Of a DNA stretch of 64,000 nucleotides, positions 27,311 through 34,844 are shown one piece after another. The notes beneath the pieces were generated by a model. It was given only the letters and a program-made list of their open reading frames with translations. It had not been told where the DNA came from and ran no database searches. Position numbers and translations under genes: made by a program. The stretch is taken from IMG/VR virus record IMGVR_UViG_3300023210_000011, positions 1-64,000 of that record, one strand, 5' to 3'. The DNA comes from a virus. The stretch's first letter is position 1; each line of letters opens with the position of its first letter.

Positions 27311-27547
27311 CGGTGAGGAGGGGGACTCGAACCCCCCGAGCTCCAAATCACGGTCTCACACAGATCGGTCACGCTCCCCTTCGCCCCTCCCATTGGAGGT
27401 CGGCACGCCCGGCAGGTTGTCCGTCTTCTGCTCCGGCGGTGGCGTGTAGGGTAGACTGGTGCTTAGCAGAAGGGGAAGTTGCTACAGCAGCGCGACTGTG
27501 TGATTCCGATTTGGTGCTCCCCCCCGTATGCTTGGGGTCCTCTCACC
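27311..27547 (-). ncRNA. tRNA-like/tmRNA-shaped structured RNA (~237 nt), CCA not encoded
   Basis: 5' GGTGAG pairs with 3' CTCACC plus discriminator G; D-like arm CCCC-AAGCATAC-GGGG; T arm GGGGG-TTCGAGT-CCCCC; long interrupted helix replaces the anticodon arm. Confidence 0.7.
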
Positions 27548-27735
27548 ATATATGAAGTGTGGTCCGGGTTCCGGAGCCCCGTTGCCCCGTGTTCTCCGGA
27601 ACCCGGCCACACTTGAAATCTTCGAGCTGGTTACTCACCTCTGCTCTACTTACTTTATGCCCCAAACAGGTACGGAATTTAGGGTACGAGCTAAGAAGTG
27701 CGTGATAGGCGCCGCCCTTTCGGGCGACGCCATTC

Positions 27736-27939
27736 TCAGTCCTCTGGAATGGAGACCACGAAGTAGTCTCCCCTCCTGTGGATCTCCAGGTCCAGCTGGA
27801 CCGTCCAGGTCTCCCCGCACTGCGGGCAGGTGACCTCCCCTCTCCATGCGGGATCCCAGATAGACCCGCAGTGCGCTCCCTCTTGCAGGAAGGGGTCCCC
27901 TGTGACGGAGATCTCCTTCTCGCACGAGTCGCACGCCAC
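27736..27939 (-). CDS. small zinc-finger protein
   Basis: CDSC...CPQC; start uncertain. Confidence 0.55.
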   Translation of the reverse strand: MACDSCEKEISVTGDPFLQEGAHCGSIWDPAWRGEVTCPQCGETWTVQLDLEIHRRGDYFVVSIPED

Positions 27940-27977
27940 CGAGTCGATCTCTCGTCCTCGGTAGCGCGCGGGGGAGC

Positions 27978-28121
27978 TCACAGGAACGCCGCCCGAAGGG
28001 CGGCGTCGTGTTGTCCCACCCACCAGGCCCACATGACGAGCATGCTCGTCACGAGGAACCCGGCGGCGTAGAGGGCCGCAAGGTCGGCGGCCCTCTCCAG
28101 CTTCGCTTCTTTGCTACTCAT
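27978..28121 (-). CDS. 47-aa membrane peptide (MSSKEAKLERAADLAALYAAGFLVTSMLVMWAWW...)
   Basis: translated by hand; GAGGTGAG RBS; promoter motif at 28139. Confidence 0.55.
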   Translation of the reverse strand: MSSKEAKLERAADLAALYAAGFLVTSMLVMWAWWVGQHDAALRAAFL

Positions 28122-28175
28122 TCTCACCTCCACCTATATTATGACCTTTTGGGGCCAGAAATAAGGCAGTTGGGC

Positions 28176-28409
28176 CTATGGGACGATCTCGGAGATCTTG
28201 CCGGCCTTCACCAGTCGGTCTCTGATCTGCTTGATCATTTCCCCATCCCTCAAGAACTCCTCCACGAACATGGCGCACAGTCCCGTTGCCGAGAGGGGCG
28301 CGTCCGGAGAGGAAGGCCGCGGGAGGATCATGTCGAGATCCCCGGATTCCCGGAAGATGAGGGCTGCGTCCCCCTCCACCATGGTCATCTGCTGCATGCC
28401 GTCATCCAT
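28176..28409 (-). CDS. hypothetical protein
   Basis: ORF track; coupled. Confidence 0.6.
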   Translation of the reverse strand: MDDGMQQMTMVEGDAALIFRESGDLDMILPRPSSPDAPLSATGLCAMFVEEFLRDGEMIKQIRDRLVKAGKISEIVP

Positions 28410-29004
28410 TCTGGGGCCCCGGGAAGAGGAACCTACGGTGGTAGAAGATCCGCTGGTCGGCAGAATTCACGATCGAGAACGTGTAGCGGGGGGGCCCGTC
28501 GAGGAAGGCGTTCGCCATGACCGCTCCGGTCATGACCTCCGCGAGTGTTCCCGACACGATGACCCTCCGTGTCGCTGTGCAGGAGAAGCGGTAGTAGTAG
28601 CCGGGGACACCCACATCCCCCGGGTAGTCCTTGAGCGAGATCTTGACCTCCCGGAGTGATTGCCGCAGGCCCCCCGCATTCGAGACCACCGTATCCAGGG
28701 GGTCTCGAGGCTTCTCCACCTTCACCGCCTCCTCGTCTTCCTCATCGTCTTCGCCGAAGATTGCGACGTAGAGGTCCGCGATCTGATCGGGGGAGATCTT
28801 AATCGACTTCACTGTACCGGTGGGGAGCACCTCGAAGAGCTCGCTGATGTCCAGGTGGTACTTGATCTCGTCACTCACGTCGATCCGGCCCAGGGCTTCC
28901 TCAGCTTCGATCAGCTGTCGGGAGAGGTCTTCCCGCTGCCTCTCGAGCTCGGCGAGGGCATTCTCGCAGTATCGCTTGGCTTCCAGTGCGTCTTTGAACC
29001 CCAT
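28402..29004 (-). CDS. hypothetical protein with N-terminal coiled coil
   Basis: ORF track 28402..29085; start refined to ATG 29004 after GGAGG. Confidence 0.7.
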   Translation of the reverse strand: MGFKDALEAKRYCENALAELERQREDLSRQLIEAEEALGRIDVSDEIKYHLDISELFEVLPTGTVKSIKISPDQIADLYVAIFGEDDEEDEEAVKVEKPRDPLDTVVSNAGGLRQSLREVKISLKDYPGDVGVPGYYYRFSCTATRRVIVSGTLAEVMTGAVMANAFLDGPPRYTFSIVNSADQRIFYHRRFLFPGPQNG

Positions 29005-29017
29005 GGGGCCTCCAGTG

Positions 29018-29045
29018 AAAAGGCCCCTCCAGAGATGGAGGGGCC
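29018..29045 (-). terminator. intrinsic terminator downstream of tmRNA
   Basis: 10-bp stem GGCCCCTCCA/TGGAGGGGCC followed by TTTT. Confidence 0.75.
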
Positions 29046-29057
29046 TTACGATGAAAG

Positions 29058-29460
29058 TGGTGGACCTGGTGGGAGTCGAACCCACGTCCGCAGCATCATT
29101 CCTCAGTCCGTTCGCTACATCCCCGTACTTGACCCAGCGGGGCGGGTGTCCCAGGTGGCTTCCCCTGGCTCCAGTTGTCCTTCACGCGAGGCTCTAAAGG
29201 CCTCGCCGCATTCCAGCCCGCTGAGCAACTTCCTCTCTCTTGAGCTTGCGAAGTCTCGTTTTACACCTGGTGAAGCTCGACCAGCTTCCTCACCAAGCAC
29301 CGGGGCTCACGGAGTCCCCGGACTTCTCTCACGCGGCCGCGGCCACGGGAGCGAAGTGGTTGTTGTTGTTGGCAATTGTCGTTTGCCTCACCGTTAGGCC
29401 GGTGAGCACGCCGCAGCGCGAACTTTCGTGCAGATACCCCGTCGAAACCGTTTCAGGCCC
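29058..29460 (-). ncRNA. ssrA: tmRNA (transfer-messenger RNA), tag (A)ANNNNHFAPVAAAA
   Basis: 5' GGGCCTGAAACGGTTTCGACGGGG; 3' GACGTGGGTTCGACTCCCACCAGGTCC-A-CCA; G3.U70 alanine identity; tag ORF 29373..29329. Confidence 0.93.
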
Positions 29461-29595
29461 AGAGGGATGGAGCGATGTTTTTGCGTAAATCTACAGGCCG
29501 TAGATTATTTTCGCTTCCCCGATCGCTTCCACCGGGGAAAGGGACGAACCGGATGATTCGTCCTCCACCACCTCCCGCCTTGCGGCGGGAAGATC

Positions 29596-29883
29596 TTACG
29601 TCGCCGACCCGGGAGCCGACACCTGATTCGTGAGAACCGTCGAGGGAGGCGGAGCGTGACGCGCCTGGCGCTGCGCACGCTGCGTCTCCTCCCGATTCCG
29701 AACCCGCGGAGGAATCGGGGTCCGGGGGGTCCCCCTCTTCACCATCTCGATGTGATGGCTGATGCGCGCCTGGACGTAGTCCGACGCACCGCGGTCCTTC
29801 GCACGCCGGAGGCTGCGCCGCTGTCGGCGGAGCTCCCGGTTCTTGCGCGACTCCCGAGTCGCCTCGCTTGCCTTTCCTGCCAT
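29596..29883 (-). CDS. Arg-rich hypothetical protein
   Basis: ORF track; GGAGG RBS. Confidence 0.55.
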   Translation of the reverse strand: MAGKASEATRESRKNRELRRQRRSLRRAKDRGASDYVQARISHHIEMVKRGTPRTPIPPRVRNREETQRAQRQARHAPPPSTVLTNQVSAPGSAT

Positions 29884-29892
29884 GGGGCCTCC

Positions 29893-30249
29893 CTACTTGT
29901 TCCGCATCTGGCTGCGGGTGTGCGCGTTCTTCAGTCGACACTTCTTGGAGCAGTACTTCAACGGTTTCCCGCCCCTCCCCATCTTTGTGGGCTTATCGCA
30001 CTCGGTCCACGTGCAGCTGGGCCAGTTGGGGTCCGTGTTGACCTCTTCCTGAGCCTGGACTCTCTTGAGGTCCTTCAGAAGGACTTTGTGCCCGGCCCGC
30101 TGCTTCTCGACCAGTTCTTCGATCTTCTCATCTCCGTAGAGCGCCCACCCACAGGAGTAGCAGCTCACTATTCCAACCTTCGCCCTTCTGCCCCGTTCGT
30201 ATGCCAGCGGTTTGTGGCTACATTTCGGGCACCAAGGGCGGTAGGTCAT
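29893..30249 (-). CDS. double zinc-finger protein
   Basis: CPKC...CYSC and CTWTEC...YCSKKC. Confidence 0.7.
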   Translation of the reverse strand: MTYRPWCPKCSHKPLAYERGRRAKVGIVSCYSCGWALYGDEKIEELVEKQRAGHKVLLKDLKRVQAQEEVNTDPNWPSCTWTECDKPTKMGRGGKPLKYCSKKCRLKNAHTRSQMRNK

Positions 30250-30446
30250 CAGGAACGCTCGAGCTCAAGACTCAGCTGGCGGAGCTCCGGGAGGAGCTTG
30301 CGGAGCGCGCTGATACCCTGCCGGACTCGCTTGTTCGCCGCCTTCGAGCCACGTTCTCCGGAGAGGGCGGCTTCGCCGTCCTCGTCGAGCTGGTTGGCCA
30401 GCTGGAGAATCTCCGCCATCTTGTTCGAGAAGTCATCGTTGATCAA
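30249..30446 (-). CDS. small nucleoid-associated-like protein (histone H1/Hc1-like)
   Basis: GSKAANKRVRQGISALRKLLPELRQLSL resembles the GNKAAGTRARK...KEFRK.SL pattern of small bacterial Hc1-like proteins (from memory). Confidence 0.45.
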   Translation of the reverse strand: MINDDFSNKMAEILQLANQLDEDGEAALSGERGSKAANKRVRQGISALRKLLPELRQLSLELERS

Positions 30447-30513
30447 GGGTCACTCCAGTCGGGGTTAGATCTTCTGACATCAGCGTTATGCCGCGAAAAA
30501 TCGGGGGTTTTCG

Positions 30514-30834
30514 CTACTCCTTGAGCTGACGCCAGGTACCCGTCTCCTCTGTCCAGTTGTAGATGCGGAACTTCCCGCCCTCCACCTTGCGGCGGATGGT
30601 CTCCACTCCCAGGAGCCACCCCTTGTCCGTAGACGTGATGGGCTCGTAGATGGTGTCGTCATCTCCAGACATGGCACCTCGAAGGAGGCCGTACCGCACA
30701 GTATCATCCCCCTCAGAGAAGGTGTTGCTACGCACGCACTCCCAGACCACTCCCTCTCGGGGGTCCTCGAGCTGGTCCCCTGTTCCGGGGAAGTAGGTCT
30801 TGCGGCTCAGGGCGCCGATACGGCCTCGGGGCAT
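30514..30834 (-). CDS. hypothetical protein; last gene before the strand switch
   Basis: ORF track; AGGAGAG RBS. Confidence 0.7.
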   Translation of the reverse strand: MPRGRIGALSRKTYFPGTGDQLEDPREGVVWECVRSNTFSEGDDTVRYGLLRGAMSGDDDTIYEPITSTDKGWLLGVETIRRKVEGGKFRIYNWTEETGTWRQLKE

Positions 30835-30910
30835 GGGACTCTCCTTTGCTACATGGGTATTGGTAGCGTATTTTCTTCTCTAAATAGTTATGTGACCCTT
30901 TACCAGCTCT

Positions 30911-31150
30911 TTGGAGAAGAAAATGCCTTGTAGACCCGGAGAAACCGCAGCGGCCTACTTCCGGAGGCGGAAGCAGCTGAGCCTGGCATCGCGGCGCGGG
31001 GTCGAACGTGCAGAGGGGCGGCGCTGGGTGAAGGCGCCTCTCTCGTATGTGTGCCGTCCAGGGGATAGACTGCGGGTAGCCGCGTCGGAAGATCCTGGCG
31101 TGCTCGGTCCCCTCGTAGAAGCCCTGCAGCGCGTCGGAGTGAAACTGTGA
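30911..31150 (+). CDS. small basic hypothetical protein
   Basis: ORF track; first plus-strand gene; GGAG before an internal ATG. Confidence 0.55.
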   Translation: MEKKMPCRPGETAAAYFRRRKQLSLASRRGVERAEGRRWVKAPLSYVCRPGDRLRVAASEDPGVLGPLVEALQRVGVKL

Positions 31151-31803
31151 ACCTGGTCATCCCCGGCGAGGAACTCCCTATCACTGTGGCGGAGGCGTTC
31201 ACCGCGACCCCAGTGTCCCTTCCTGCGAAGCGGAAGATCTTGGAGGATGCCCGCCTGGGGCGCATCTCCGAGAGCTCCCCGGTGTCGGGAGCAGACATCG
31301 CACAGGTGGTGGATGGGATGCTGCAGCTACGAAAGGCGTGGGCAGCGCCGACCTCCAACACCTTCGTGGAGGCCCTACGTTCTGGGGTGGGACGGCGGCG
31401 GCTGGTGGTCTACCCGACCATCTTGGACTCGAGTGGGAGCTACGTCCCCTCAACCCGGCGGGCGCGCTCCCAGCAGGAGAAGACCCGGGACTATGAGCTG
31501 CCGGGAGCGAGCCCTTCAACGGTATGGGTACACGTCGGCTACGTCGATCGTGGTGCGGGAGTCCCCACCCTGATCGACATCACCGCGGACGTCGTGGCGG
31601 GGAACTCCACGGTGTCTTCCGCTGTGGAGGTCTCGCCCGGAGTCATCCAGGTCAAACTCCTCCCGGGGTCGGGCGACCTGGGAGTCGTACTCAGGCTTCG
31701 GGCTGTGGATGATCTGAAGTTCACCGATCCACGGTCGGGTGGGGCGTGGGATCTGGACGCGGCGAAGCCCCGGCTCGACCAGCAGATCTACATCGAATTC
31801 TGA
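31147..31803 (+). CDS. hypothetical protein
   Basis: ORF track; GTGA coupling. Confidence 0.7.
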   Translation: MNLVIPGEELPITVAEAFTATPVSLPAKRKILEDARLGRISESSPVSGADIAQVVDGMLQLRKAWAAPTSNTFVEALRSGVGRRRLVVYPTILDSSGSYVPSTRRARSQQEKTRDYELPGASPSTVWVHVGYVDRGAGVPTLIDITADVVAGNSTVSSAVEVSPGVIQVKLLPGSGDLGVVLRLRAVDDLKFTDPRSGGAWDLDAAKPRLDQQIYIEF

Positions 31804-31813
31804 TGGAAAATCC

Positions 31814-31842
31814 TTGACTGTGCTCACGAATGTCAGTACACA
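31814..31842 (+). promoter_or_regulatory. possible sigma70-like promoter (TTGACT-N17-TACACA)
   Basis: consensus-like hexamers just upstream of ATG 31849. Confidence 0.35.
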
Positions 31843-31848
31843 CTCGTC

Positions 31849-32274
31849 ATGGATCCAAACGACCCGCTCGATGAATTCCTGAAGCAAGAAAGCATCAAGG
31901 AGTTCCACAAGGACGCCCAGCAGACTGAGGCCAAGCCCCAGAGACTGCGCACGGCTGCCGATGAGATCATCGAGACCATCGGGGGCGAGCCCCCGAAGAA
32001 AGACGCGCGCAGGACTTGTCCTGTGTGCTCCGGGACCGAGTTCAAGATCCGTCGCCCCATCACCGGGCAGATGACCGCCAAGTGCCAGGGCTGCGGATTC
32101 AAGATGCACGGGCCAGGTCCACGAGTAGTGGACAGCACTCCGAAGATGCACGGCCAGCTCCCCCACGGGCCGACGTACCGGGGGACTCGTTCCCCTCCCA
32201 AGCAGGCTCCCCACTCCCCCATTGCCAGATTGAAGGGCCGTGACTACCGCGCCCTCAAGGCCAAGGACGACTGA
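31849..32274 (+). CDS. zinc-ribbon protein
   Basis: CPVC...CQGC. Confidence 0.7.
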   Translation: MDPNDPLDEFLKQESIKEFHKDAQQTEAKPQRLRTAADEIIETIGGEPPKKDARRTCPVCSGTEFKIRRPITGQMTAKCQGCGFKMHGPGPRVVDSTPKMHGQLPHGPTYRGTRSPPKQAPHSPIARLKGRDYRALKAKDD

Positions 32275-32275
32275 C

Positions 32276-33043
32276 ATGCCCAAGAAGCAGCCGGTGCGAC
32301 CCAGCTCCGCGCCCGTATCTTTCCATGACGCCCCTGCCGGCAAGTCCGGAAAGTACAAGGCGATCATCGAGCGGGCGAAGGCCGCCCAGGTCCCCGACCG
32401 TCCAGGAGACCTGACGGGTACGCCGAACTTCGAGGACACCCAGAAGAGCTGGGAGTCTCGGCAGCCTGCCCAGACCCATCTCTCTCCGAACACCGCCGCG
32501 CAGCTCGAGGCGGTCGCCCACGCGACCGCGAACGCCCCTGTGCCGGAGGAGGAGCCGGAGGAGGAGGAGTTCTCTGCACCGCCGGAGCCTGAGGAGGAGC
32601 TCTCCGATGATGAGCGCCTCCGGCGTGCCGTAGAGGACCGGATCACCAACACGATCGACATCGGCCGGTACCTGATGAACGGGGAGACCACGCAGACGGT
32701 TCCGATCATCCCGGGGAAGCTGGAGGTCACCTTCCGGACGGTCACGGACCTGGAGGAGTCGTACGTGGACGGGAAGCTGGCGGAGGACAAGGGGGCCACC
32801 GCCCGCGTGTTCCTCCGTCAGTCCAACGAGTGGGCGCTGGCGTTTCACATCGCGGCGGTCAACGGCAAGTCGTGGCCGGCGACCACCATCCAGGGGGACA
32901 TCAATGACGTCTCCCTGCAGAAGCGCCTCGGCCACATCAAGAAGCTGTCCTCCCCCGTGTTCTCCATGATCACGCAGAACCTCGTCTGGTTCCTCGAGCG
33001 GGTCAACTCCGCCCTGACCGTGGAGGCCCTGGGAAATGGATAG
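32276..33043 (+). CDS. tail assembly chaperone (short form, lambda gpG-like)
   Basis: acidic protein with LEVTFRTVT..EE motif; ends at slippery G GGA AAT; start refined to ATG 32276. Confidence 0.65.
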   Translation: MPKKQPVRPSSAPVSFHDAPAGKSGKYKAIIERAKAAQVPDRPGDLTGTPNFEDTQKSWESRQPAQTHLSPNTAAQLEAVAHATANAPVPEEEPEEEEFSAPPEPEEELSDDERLRRAVEDRITNTIDIGRYLMNGETTQTVPIIPGKLEVTFRTVTDLEESYVDGKLAEDKGATARVFLRQSNEWALAFHIAAVNGKSWPATTIQGDINDVSLQKRLGHIKKLSSPVFSMITQNLVWFLERVNSALTVEALGNG

Positions 33044-33060
33044 CCACCCCGGTGGGGTGG
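33031..33060 (+). promoter_or_regulatory. programmed -1 ribosomal frameshift signal
   Basis: in-frame heptamer G GGA AAT (33031-33037), 6-nt spacer, hairpin CCACCCC-GGT-GGGGTGG. Confidence 0.75.
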
Positions 33061-33396
33061 GCCCGCGCGAATGTCATCTACGACACCGCGCCCGGACCTC
33101 CGAGGTTCGGCACCCTCTCGGAAGCGATGTTCCTGATGGTCTGGCAGACCAGGATCTCGCAGGATGTGGCAGCCACCCGGGCCGTAGCACAGGCCGCCAT
33201 CGGCGGTGAGAAGGCCACTGAGGCTTTCAGCGACTACACGAACCTCATCAACCGCACCACCACAACCACCGACAAGAAGAAGATGGCAACCAGGCTCGAG
33301 GACCTCAAGAAGATGCAGGCGGTCAAGTTCCGCCCAGCAGAGAGGGCCATGGGGCAGAAGGCCAGTAGTCTTCGCACCGTACGGAGGAAGCAGTGA
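33052..33396 (+). CDS. -1 frame extension of the tail chaperone (gpT-like)
   Basis: -1 frame is open from the slippery site (KWIATPVGWARAN...); no own RBS. Confidence 0.65.
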   Translation: MGWARANVIYDTAPGPPRFGTLSEAMFLMVWQTRISQDVAATRAVAQAAIGGEKATEAFSDYTNLINRTTTTTDKKKMATRLEDLKKMQAVKFRPAERAMGQKASSLRTVRRKQ

Positions 33397-33701
33397 AAAT
33401 GATCGGAATCGTCGAGTTCCACCCACTCGACGGGACAGAACGGGGACTATTTCTACTGGCGCATGGCCCCTCGGGAGAGTTCCGGGTGCCCGTCACCCAG
33501 GATCAGGCCGTCGCGCTTCTCTCTCGGATCCAGGAGGCCCCTGCCCCCGCGGAGGAGGAGGAGGAGGAGGAGGAGGAGTTCGGTGGGTACGAGGAGTTCG
33601 AGCAGGCTCTGCACGGAGAGCCCTCGTCCAGTCCGGCCCCTGATGGGTTCAGGATGGGGGCTGCTGAGCTCGACGACGACGACGACGACGGTGATCTGTG
33701 A
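33393..33701 (+). CDS. highly acidic hypothetical protein (poly-Glu, poly-Asp)
   Basis: ORF track; (GAG)9 at 33552-33578. Confidence 0.65.
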   Translation: MKMIGIVEFHPLDGTERGLFLLAHGPSGEFRVPVTQDQAVALLSRIQEAPAPAEEEEEEEEEFGGYEEFEQALHGEPSSSPAPDGFRMGAAELDDDDDDGDL

Positions 33702-34021
33702 ACCTCGATCGGATGAGACTCGAGTACAAGCTCGACCTGATCATCCGTGCCCTGCAGCAGAGCGGGGCCATGCTGGGGGAACTCCCCGGCCTCGAGGGAA
33801 TCGAGAAGGACTGCTGCCCCATCTGTGAGACTCCGGTTCGCGTCATCGCGGACATGGAGACCGAGACCCCCCTCTACACCTGTGAATGCCGGTCCCCCAA
33901 GGTGATCGTGACCGGCATCTCCGCCCTCGTTCCCCCCAGGAGCCATGATGTCTACGCCGACCGGAATCCAGAAGAAGAAGTTCCACACGAACGCACGCCG
34001 CCAGGTGATCGCGACAGCTGA
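33698..34021 (+). CDS. zinc-ribbon hypothetical protein
   Basis: CCPIC...CECR. Confidence 0.6.
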   Translation: MNLDRMRLEYKLDLIIRALQQSGAMLGELPGLEGIEKDCCPICETPVRVIADMETETPLYTCECRSPKVIVTGISALVPPRSHDVYADRNPEEEVPHERTPPGDRDS

Positions 34022-34334
34022 TGTGTCCATTCGGCAGGTCCAGGTGATCGACAAGGTCGGTGCCGTTCGCGGCATCGTGGTGTGGCAGTGTGGCCCCGAC
34101 ATCTTCTGGGCGGACACCATGGACGGCATGTTCGACGCAGCGCGTCGGAAGTCCGCCCCTCCGTGGCTGGTGGAGCAGATCAAGAACCTGCCGCAGTCGC
34201 AGAAGTTCTTCAGCGACGGGACCGCGTACGACTCCGCCGTGGAGGTCTCCACACCGGTGGGCTCCGTGGATACGTCCCCAGATCACGTCCCCGGAGACGC
34301 GGACACCGACCTCCCCAGCTTCGCGCAGGCCTGA
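33945..34334 (+). CDS. hypothetical protein
   Basis: ORF track; AGGAG RBS. Confidence 0.7.
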   Translation: MMSTPTGIQKKKFHTNARRQVIATADVSIRQVQVIDKVGAVRGIVVWQCGPDIFWADTMDGMFDAARRKSAPPWLVEQIKNLPQSQKFFSDGTAYDSAVEVSTPVGSVDTSPDHVPGDADTDLPSFAQA

Positions 34335-34335
34335 C

Positions 34336-34680
34336 ATGTCCGGACTCCGACCCATGCCGGGGTGGGCGCTGTGCAGAGCAGCCCCGCACTCTCTGAAGAC
34401 CAAGTCCGGGCTCTACCTGGCCACAGAGATCGACAAGAACGTCCAGTCTGAGGGCGTCGCAGTCATCGAGAGCGTGGTGCCCCGTGAGGGGATGCCTGCT
34501 GGGGTCTCGGCAGGAGACCAGGTCATCTACCGAGGGTTCCTGAGGTTCGCCAACCAGGTGGGGAATCTCATGGGGGTAGACCGAGACTGCGAGTTCTTCC
34601 TGCTCAACCTGCAGGACATCCTTGCAGTGGTCTCGGGTCCCGGGACTGTGGGTGTCCACGGAGAATACGAGGTGCAGTGA
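34336..34680 (+). CDS. groES: GroES/Cpn10-like co-chaperonin
   Basis: LRPMPGWAL...KTKSGLYL...GDQVIY...LQDILAVV pattern. Confidence 0.75.
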   Translation: MSGLRPMPGWALCRAAPHSLKTKSGLYLATEIDKNVQSEGVAVIESVVPREGMPAGVSAGDQVIYRGFLRFANQVGNLMGVDRDCEFFLLNLQDILAVVSGPGTVGVHGEYEVQ

Positions 34681-34844
34681 TGGGCAAGAAGAGCCGCCGG
34701 CTTCAGGTTCGGCTGGAGGGGGAGGACCATGACTTCCTCCTCCTCTACGCGGAGCGCAACGGACTGACCATCAGCCAGATGGTCCGGGACTTCATTCAGT
34801 GGCTGAAGCGGAGGGAGGAATCTGATGGATCTTCGACGTCGTAG
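34680..34844 (+). CDS. 54-aa ribbon-helix-helix DNA-binding protein
   Basis: translated by hand: KSRRLQVRLEGEDHDFLLLYAERNGLTISQMVRDFI; TGATG coupling. Confidence 0.7.
   Translation: MGKKSRRLQVRLEGEDHDFLLLYAERNGLTISQMVRDFIQWLKRREESDGSSTS

Noticed and set aside
27311-27547. Calling this element an ordinary tRNA, tRNA-Sec or an intron-containing tRNA
   Set aside because: There is no 7-nt anticodon loop or variable arm in register, the D-loop lacks GG, and no group I P7 or bulge-helix-bulge signature was recognised.
29488-29506. 7-bp inverted repeat AATCTAC-N5-GTAGATT upstream of the tmRNA as an operator
   Set aside because: It is a single short palindrome with no second copy found, too weak to support a call.
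33552-33578. (GAG)9 run as a phase-variation tract
   Set aside because: It is an in-frame trinucleotide repeat encoding poly-Glu; length changes would not shift the frame.
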